This document shows positions 58,250 to 64,000 of a stretch of DNA of 64,000 bases, one piece after another (the stretch's first letter is position 1; every line of letters starts with the position of its first letter). The notes below the pieces were generated by a model. It searched no databases and was not told the origin of the DNA. It saw only the letters and a program-made list of their open reading frames with translations. Origin of the DNA: an uncultured delta proteobacterium (GTDB taxonomy: Bacteria; Bdellovibrionota; FAC87; UBA2466); NCBI GenBank assembly GCA_963778115.1, contig CAVZSV010000004.1, forward strand, positions 2,272,001 to 2,336,000, written 5' to 3'. The translations under genes and the position numbers were made by a program.

Positions 58250-58841
58250 GCAGGCTGCTCAGTTTCGGCTTTCCTCCGGTGAAGAGAGTTCCCTCTTAAA
58301 GTTGGCCCGACAAACTTTAAAAGTCTGCGCGACCAGCGAGAGTTGCGACCCTGTCTTGGAGAGTTTTAAAAAGAGTCCTCAATCCTTGGAACCGCAGCTT
58401 CTAGAAAATTTGGCCTGTTTTGTGACACTAACTCAAAAAAATGGTCGCCTCCGAGGTTGCGTCGGTTGTCTCGAGGGGTACCAATCCCTGTACAAGAACG
58501 TATTTCAGTTTACGCAGAAAGCGGCACTTGAGGATCCTAGATTCGATGCGGTTACGCCTAACGAAGTGCCGAAACTAGTGATCAGTATTTCAGTGCTAGG
58601 CCCGATGCAGCCTTTACCAGATATCAACCTACTAGAGTTGGGAAAACAGGGGCTCTATGTCCACCACCAGAAAAACCACGGGGTGCTACTCGCTAAAGTG
58701 GCTACCGAGTGGGGCTGGGATCAAAAAGAGTATGCGATGCGGACATGCGAAAAGGCGGGACTAGCACCTGAGCGATGGAAGCAATATGAGTTTTTCTATT
58801 TTGATGAAGTTAGTTTCTCAGAGCGAGGAGAAGAAAAGTGA
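58227..58841 (+). CDS. AMMECR1-domain protein (AmmeMemoRadiSam protein A-like)
   Basis: CFVTL..GRLRGCVG, AALEDPRF, ISVL, CEKAG; GTG 58227 after GGGAG is my preferred start (ORF track 58185). Confidence 0.88.
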   Translation: MAPPPPPEQAAQFRLSSGEESSLLKLARQTLKVCATSESCDPVLESFKKSPQSLEPQLLENLACFVTLTQKNGRLRGCVGCLEGYQSLYKNVFQFTQKAALEDPRFDAVTPNEVPKLVISISVLGPMQPLPDINLLELGKQGLYVHHQKNHGVLLAKVATEWGWDQKEYAMRTCEKAGLAPERWKQYEFFYFDEVSFSERGEEK

Positions 58842-59170
58842 AAAGTAAGATTACCGTAATCGCGACGATTCAAGCCAAACCCGGAAAAGAAGAGGCCTTT
58901 CGGGAAGCTATCTTGAAAGTAATGCGTCTCACCCATGAAGAGTCAGGTTGTCTACATTACAGTGTTCATCAAGGATCTGATAGGTCCAACGAGTTTGTGA
59001 CGATCGAACGCTGGGCACACCACTCCGATTTAGATCTCCACATGCAGACGCCGCATTTGATGGAACTTCTTAAACGAGTTCCTGAGCTCGTTCAGGGTGC
59101 GCCTAAGATTGAGATCTTCCATCAGATTGGAGACGACTCAAGTCCTAAGACGATGCTGGAGAGAGAGTAA
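58838..59170 (+). CDS. ABM-family putative quinol monooxygenase
   Basis: AKPGKE, EESGCLHY, ERW, HMQTPH. Confidence 0.88.
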   Translation: MKSKITVIATIQAKPGKEEAFREAILKVMRLTHEESGCLHYSVHQGSDRSNEFVTIERWAHHSDLDLHMQTPHLMELLKRVPELVQGAPKIEIFHQIGDDSSPKTMLERE

Positions 59171-59215
59171 AAGCCTTATCCAAGCATAAGGATGCCGGCG
59201 AGGAAGGTAACGAAG

Positions 59216-60250
59216 TTACTTCGACAACGCCGTAATTCTCTTTGGTCCCTGGTACTCCACGACTCCGTTGTCTAGTTGATCCAGCTTTTCGCTGTAGATC
59301 AGACGGTAACTATTTCGAAGCCCTCCCGGAACGGAAAAGGCGGTGAGCATTCCATCCAGAAAAGGCATCATCTGAATAACCCGGGCTGCCCCTTCATAAC
59401 GGAGTGCACCAGCGCCAAGAGAAGTGCCATTCGGACTAAAGCGCACTTGGTAAATATCGGAGGAACTATCGGCATGACCAAAGGCTGTCAGAACTCCGTC
59501 ATTTTGCACGGCCATTTCGATTACCGGAGAAGTTCCGTCGTAACGAATGTCCCCACTCTGAAGGGCGCGAACATTGGTGCTGAAATGGACTTGGAATCGA
59601 GGTGGGGTTCCCGGAACATTTGAAAACGCGGTGAGTACCCCTGCTCGATAAGCGATCATCGAGGAAATGGGTTGAGGACCTTTGTGCAACGGCGGACTGA
59701 AGTGGGATCCGTCTGTGCTAAACGCGGTACAATAGGTAAATCCGTCACAATAGCAATTACGAAGAGCGGCATAGACTCCGTTGTTGAAGCGAGTGAGGGA
59801 CACAATGGACGAACAGCCATAATATGCTTCGGGGGCTTTCTCGGGATCTTCGGCGTCTTTAGTGAATTTTATCCTTTGAACCGATGTGATGGCACTCCCT
59901 TCGGAAAGAGCGGTGCTCACACCTCCGTTAAAGCGAAGCATCGCGGGTGTGGTTTTATTCCCGGCCGAAATCACTTTGCCGGCACCCAGATTCTTTCCGG
60001 TGGAATTATATTGGATTTCATAGGGAGACTCTTGCCCGCTGTTAGCAAAGGCTATCCAAATTGCCTCTTCCTTCTTCGTGGCTCTCTTAGGACTTGGCGC
60101 CTGGGGAGGGAGCGTTTTAACCGGCGGAGTCGTCCCCGGAGTAGAACTGGGTATGGATAGAAGACCCATTGTCGGCGTTGACCCTCCACAATGAGTTAAA
60201 AGCACGATTAAACATAGGCCACTCACGGCGGACGGGACTCTTCGGAACAT
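59216..60250 (-). CDS. Lipoprotein with six 46-48 aa repeats (predicted beta-propeller)
   Basis: ATG 60250 after GGAGG; LLTHC lipobox-like; Pro/Thr linker; repeats starting AIWIAF, GVSTAL, GVYAAL, GVLTAF, GVLTAF, GMLTAF. Confidence 0.7.
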   Translation of the reverse strand: MFRRVPSAVSGLCLIVLLTHCGGSTPTMGLLSIPSSTPGTTPPVKTLPPQAPSPKRATKKEEAIWIAFANSGQESPYEIQYNSTGKNLGAGKVISAGNKTTPAMLRFNGGVSTALSEGSAITSVQRIKFTKDAEDPEKAPEAYYGCSSIVSLTRFNNGVYAALRNCYCDGFTYCTAFSTDGSHFSPPLHKGPQPISSMIAYRAGVLTAFSNVPGTPPRFQVHFSTNVRALQSGDIRYDGTSPVIEMAVQNDGVLTAFGHADSSSDIYQVRFSPNGTSLGAGALRYEGAARVIQMMPFLDGMLTAFSVPGGLRNSYRLIYSEKLDQLDNGVVEYQGPKRITALSK

Positions 60251-60318
60251 AAAACCTCCATCGGGGTGAATTCCCCCCTGATTTTTACGAATACGATTCA
60301 ACCCTTGCCCCGAGATAG

Positions 60319-60335
60319 AGCAACATGCGTACCAA
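60319..60335 (-). promoter_or_regulatory. Sigma54 (-24/-12) promoter
   Basis: Minus strand TTGGTACGCATGTTGCT: GG-N10-GC, close to TGGCAC-N5-TTGCW, 69 nt upstream of ATG 60250. Confidence 0.7.
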
Positions 60336-60458
60336 CATTCAACCACGGGGCTGGAGGCTAAATTCCGAAGCAGAAAGCTCGAGTTGTCTCAAAGGTGGAA
60401 CAGAAGCGGTAGAATATGATTCAGAGGTGAATCGAAAAGTATCGTTAAGCCTATCGCC

Positions 60459-61160
60459 TTATAGTTCGCCCAAATAGGCTTTTCTCACGGAGTCGTTCTT
60501 CAACAAAGACGCCGACAGATCGGTGTAGACGATATTTCCCACTTCTAAAACGTAACCTCGATGAGAAACCTTGAGGGCTGCTTGAGCGTTCTGTTCGACA
60601 AGAAGGACGGTCGTCCCGAACGAATTGATCCGTTGAATGGTTTCAAAAATAGATTTTGTAATTTGCGGAGCGAGTCCCAAAGAAGGCTCATCTAGGATCA
60701 TTAGCTTAGGCCGTGAAAGAAGCGCACGGCTAATCGCCAGCATTTGTTGTTCGCCGCCCGAAAGGGTTCCTGCTATCTGTTTTTGCCGCTCTTCCAAACG
60801 GGGGAACAGATCGTAAACCTCTTTGAGGTCATTTTTTTGAAGCTTTCGAATGAAAGCTCCCATCAACAGATTTTCGTAGACCGTAAGGTTAGCGAAGATT
60901 CCTCTTCGTTCGGGGACATGCGAGATTCCAAGCCTAACTATCTGATGGGGCTTGACCTTAAGAATACTTTTGCCTTCAAATTCAATTTGACCTGCCGTAG
61001 GGCGAATGAGTCCCGAGATCGTTCGCAGGATAGTAGTTTTGCCGGCGCCATTGGCGCCGATGAGGGTAACGATCTCTCCTGCTTGTACTTCCAAGGAGAG
61101 ATCGTGGATCACTTCGATGAGGCCGTAAGCCACATGAAGATGATTGATTCTTAAGATCAT
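60459..61160 (-). CDS. livF: Branched-chain amino acid ABC transporter ATPase
   Basis: GANGAGKT, HVPE, LSGGEQQM, DEPSLGLAP, VEQN. Confidence 0.93.
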   Translation of the reverse strand: MILRINHLHVAYGLIEVIHDLSLEVQAGEIVTLIGANGAGKTTILRTISGLIRPTAGQIEFEGKSILKVKPHQIVRLGISHVPERRGIFANLTVYENLLMGAFIRKLQKNDLKEVYDLFPRLEERQKQIAGTLSGGEQQMLAISRALLSRPKLMILDEPSLGLAPQITKSIFETIQRINSFGTTVLLVEQNAQAALKVSHRGYVLEVGNIVYTDLSASLLKNDSVRKAYLGEL

Positions 61161-61951
61161 GCAACCCCCAAATAGGCCTCAATGACCTTGGGATTGGTTT
61201 GAATCTCTTTAGGCGTTCCTCGAGCAATAATTTCACCATGGTCGAGAACAACGATGCGTTCGCAAATTCCCATTACTAGCTTCATGTCGTGCTCAATTAA
61301 CAAGATCGTCGTCTCGAAACGTCTTCTTATCTCGGCGACCGTTTTCATCAGTTCGACCTTTTCCTGAGAGTTCAGTCCTGCTGCCGGTTCGTCGAGTAGA
61401 AGTACTTGGGGATGGGTGGCCAGGGCGCGCGCGATCTCCATCCGTCGCTGATCTCCGTAAGAAAGACTACTGGCCCTTTCGTCTTCGCGTCCACTCAATC
61501 CCATCAAGGAGAGCAGAGTGGAGGCCTCTTCGCGCATCTGTTTTTCCATGGCGTAGAACTTTCGGTTTCTCAAGAGTACATCCAAGTACCCGTAGGGATG
61601 ACGCATATGGTACGAAATGAGAACGTTTTGCATGACCGTAAGATCCGCGAACAGACGAATGTTTTGGAAAGTTCTAGCGATGCCTCGCTTTGCAATCTTG
61701 TACGGAGGGAAATGATTTAAGGTCGCTTCCCCGAGGCGGATGCTACCCGTATCGGGGGAATAAACGCCGGTGATCAAATTAAAGAGGGTAGTCTTGCCTG
61801 CCCCATTGGGGCCGATGAGCCCCACCAGCTCCTTGGGATTGAGATCCAAATTAAAATCGGTAACCGCCTTTAGTCCTCCAAAGGATATTCCAAGCCCTTT
61901 AATGGTAAGCTTCTCTGCTTGGTTGGTTTGCGGTGTTTTCTTGTTCTTCAC
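61157..61951 (-). CDS. livG: Branched-chain amino acid ABC transporter ATPase
   Basis: GPNGAGKT, RTFQNIRLF, LSYG, DEPAAG, IEHDM, VIEAYLG. Confidence 0.93.
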   Translation of the reverse strand: MKNKKTPQTNQAEKLTIKGLGISFGGLKAVTDFNLDLNPKELVGLIGPNGAGKTTLFNLITGVYSPDTGSIRLGEATLNHFPPYKIAKRGIARTFQNIRLFADLTVMQNVLISYHMRHPYGYLDVLLRNRKFYAMEKQMREEASTLLSLMGLSGREDERASSLSYGDQRRMEIARALATHPQVLLLDEPAAGLNSQEKVELMKTVAEIRRRFETTILLIEHDMKLVMGICERIVVLDHGEIIARGTPKEIQTNPKVIEAYLGVA

Positions 61952-61972
61952 GTCCCTAGTCCTTATTACCGC

Positions 61973-62962
61973 TTAAGCGGGTTCGCTAACGGCCTTAGTA
62001 CCCGTCGAACCCGTTGGAGTTCCCTTCTTCTTCTTTGGAAAGAACTGCCAAATCTCATTGAATCCCAATAAACCGTTAGGCCGCACGAGCATTACTATGA
62101 TGAGAACGAGCGGAAAGATGACCAAACGGTACTGATCGAAACTGCGTAAGAGCTCGGGCAGCACGCATACGATAATCGCACCTATGATGGAACCCGATAG
62201 ACTCCCCATGCCGCCTATGACGACCATAATGACGACTTCGACCGAGCGGGTGAAGTTAAAAGTATTGGGGTCGATGAACCCTTGATAGTGAGCGAAGAGG
62301 GCTCCGGCCAATCCGGCGAAAAATGAGCTGATAACGAAAGCCACGATCTTGTAACGAGCGACATTGATTCCCATCGACTCGGCGGCAATCTCGTTCTCTC
62401 GAACCGAGATAATGGCTCGGCCAAAGCTTGATCTCACCAAACGAAGAAGGGCTATGAAGGTCAAAGAGGCGCTCAAATAGACCCAGAAAAAGTTAGAGAC
62501 CCGAGGTATGGCGGGTAGCCCTCGCGCGCCTCCCACTTCAGGAATATTAAGGAAGGTGATACGGATAATCTCACCGAACCCCAGAGTGACAATCGCCAAA
62601 TAGTCTCCCCGTAATCTTAAGGAAGGAAGACCTACCAAATACCCTGCTGCTGCGGCGGCTCCGCCTCCCGCAAAAATAGCAATCGCTAGTCCGATCGGAG
62701 TATGGAAAAAAGGAATATCCAGGACGGTGGTGAGAACGGCACTTGTGTAGGCTCCCACTCCCATAAAGCCAGCGTGTCCTAAAGAGAACTGGCCAGCACA
62801 TCCGTTTACCAGGTTTAGACTCATGGCCAAAATAATTCCGATTCCGCAGTTAATGATGACGCGCAGGACGTAGGGATTTAGGTTGTCTTCAAGAATAAGA
62901 TTAACGCCGTAAAAGAAAGCGATCAAAACGATGAGTCCGCTCAACTGCTTTAGCGCGTTCAT
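61973..62962 (-). CDS. livM: Branched-chain amino acid ABC transporter permease
   Basis: GQFSLGHAGF, RLRGDYLAIVTLGFGE, VRENEIAA, GGMGS. Confidence 0.93.
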   Translation of the reverse strand: MNALKQLSGLIVLIAFFYGVNLILEDNLNPYVLRVIINCGIGIILAMSLNLVNGCAGQFSLGHAGFMGVGAYTSAVLTTVLDIPFFHTPIGLAIAIFAGGGAAAAAGYLVGLPSLRLRGDYLAIVTLGFGEIIRITFLNIPEVGGARGLPAIPRVSNFFWVYLSASLTFIALLRLVRSSFGRAIISVRENEIAAESMGINVARYKIVAFVISSFFAGLAGALFAHYQGFIDPNTFNFTRSVEVVIMVVIGGMGSLSGSIIGAIIVCVLPELLRSFDQYRLVIFPLVLIIVMLVRPNGLLGFNEIWQFFPKKKKGTPTGSTGTKAVSEPA

Positions 62963-63861
62963 ACTTTCTCCCGACGCTGAACGCCGAACAGGCCAGCAGG
63001 GCGGAATAGAAGGATGAAAATTAGAATTCCAAAAGCAATGGCGTCACGAAAAGAGGCAAATCCGTAGTAGACGACAAAACTTTCGGCGAGCCCCAAGACA
63101 ATGCCACCAATGGCAGCGCCCATAATATTCCCGATGCCTCCAAACACCGCGGCGACGAATGCTTTAATACCGATGATGACTCCCATCATGGGCTCGATCT
63201 TGGGATAGGAAAGTCCATAGAGAATGGCAGCACAGCCTGCTAAGGAGGAGCCAATCACAAACGTGAAGGCGATAATTTTATCGGTGGGAATTCCCATGAG
63301 ATTTGCCACTTCGATGTCAAAGCTCACCGCACGCATCGCGATGCCAAGTTTCGTATGCTTAATGATCCACTGCAAGGTCACCATGAGTACAATGGAGACG
63401 ACCACCACGAGCACTTGAATATTATTTAGAGAAATTCCGCTATTTTCGCTAAGAAGGGATCGGGTGGGGATTAGAGCGGGAAATACTCTGGGGTCTGCTC
63501 CAAAAATAACTTGGCAAAGATTTTCCAAGAAAAGAGAAACTCCGATTGCCGTAATCAGGACATTTAATCGGGGGGCTCTGCGAAGCGGACGATAAGCAAT
63601 TCGTTCGACCGTAAGCCCTACCGCCGTGCAAAAGAGCATCGACCCGACGACAACAATCAAAGTCAGTAGCAACGAAGACTGCACGCCGGAAAACCAAGCG
63701 GCGATATAAACACCGGCGAAAGCTCCCAGCATGAAGATGTCGCTATGGGCGAAATTGATAAACTGCAGGACTCCATAGACCATGGTGTAGCCCAATGCGA
63801 CCAAAGCGTACACGCTCCCCTGAGCTAGGCCGTTAATAATGTTTTGAATAAAACTCTGCAA
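62959..63861 (-). CDS. livH: Branched-chain amino acid ABC transporter permease
   Basis: YALVALGYTMVYG, INFAH, ERIAYRPLR, KAFVAAVFGGIG, RPAGL. Confidence 0.93.
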   Translation of the reverse strand: MQSFIQNIINGLAQGSVYALVALGYTMVYGVLQFINFAHSDIFMLGAFAGVYIAAWFSGVQSSLLLTLIVVVGSMLFCTAVGLTVERIAYRPLRRAPRLNVLITAIGVSLFLENLCQVIFGADPRVFPALIPTRSLLSENSGISLNNIQVLVVVVSIVLMVTLQWIIKHTKLGIAMRAVSFDIEVANLMGIPTDKIIAFTFVIGSSLAGCAAILYGLSYPKIEPMMGVIIGIKAFVAAVFGGIGNIMGAAIGGIVLGLAESFVVYYGFASFRDAIAFGILIFILLFRPAGLFGVQRREKV

Positions 63862-63862
63862 C

Positions 63863-64000
63863 TTAAGGATTGACCGTGGTTACGTATTCGAATTTATTGT
63901 CGCCCGCCACTTTGAGTACAACTGCCGGCTTTACCGCGTTTCGTTCCGCGTTCAACGAGATGACTCCGGTAACGCCTTGGAAATTTTGAGTAGTCGCAAT
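63863..64000 (-). CDS. livK: ABC transporter substrate-binding protein, 3' end only
   Basis: My translation: IATTQNFQGVTGVISLNAERNAVKPAVVLKVAGDNKFEYVTTVNP-stop, typical LivK-family C-terminus, directly upstream of livH. Confidence 0.85.
   Translation of the reverse strand: MATTQNFQGVTGVISLNAERNAVKPAVVLKVAGDNKFEYVTTVNP

Noticed and set aside
1..64000. CRISPR array, cas genes, transposases, prophage, rRNA, toxin-antitoxin or defence genes
   Set aside because: No such motifs among the ORFs, and intergenic gaps are all about 210 nt or less with no periodic repeats

Overview
A gene-dense, mostly housekeeping chromosomal segment (about 60 CDS and one tRNA-Ala(CGC)). Gene order and protein style suggest a deltaproteobacterial/Bdellovibrionota-like bacterium; that is an inference, not a search result. 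Recognisable blocks: iscS-mnmA-mtaB, NtrY/NtrX-like two-component pair with ispG, proS, zapA-5-FTHF cyclo-ligase-ymdB-tyrS, a dacB-lytic transglycosylase-namZ wall-remodelling operon, a glutathione-related cluster (gshA, glutaredoxin, ggt, Nit1-like), bioB, alaS-lptG-def-fmt-rpe-hutH-hutI, nadC-nadB and livKHMGF. alaS (one in-frame TGA plus a +1 frameshift) and nadB (two compensating frameshifts) are broken in ways that look more like consensus errors than decay. I saw no CRISPR array, transposase, integrase, prophage, rRNA or defence system, and cannot claim a clear new system. Best leads: a six-repeat beta-propeller-like lipoprotein behind a near-consensus sigma54 promoter, a convergent pair of paralogous Ala/Pro-stalked beta-barrel proteins, a secreted metzincin-motif protein behind two lipoproteins, tandem GT-C-like membrane paralogs, absence of 6S RNA and rny from their usual locus, and two families of dispersed intergenic palindromes.
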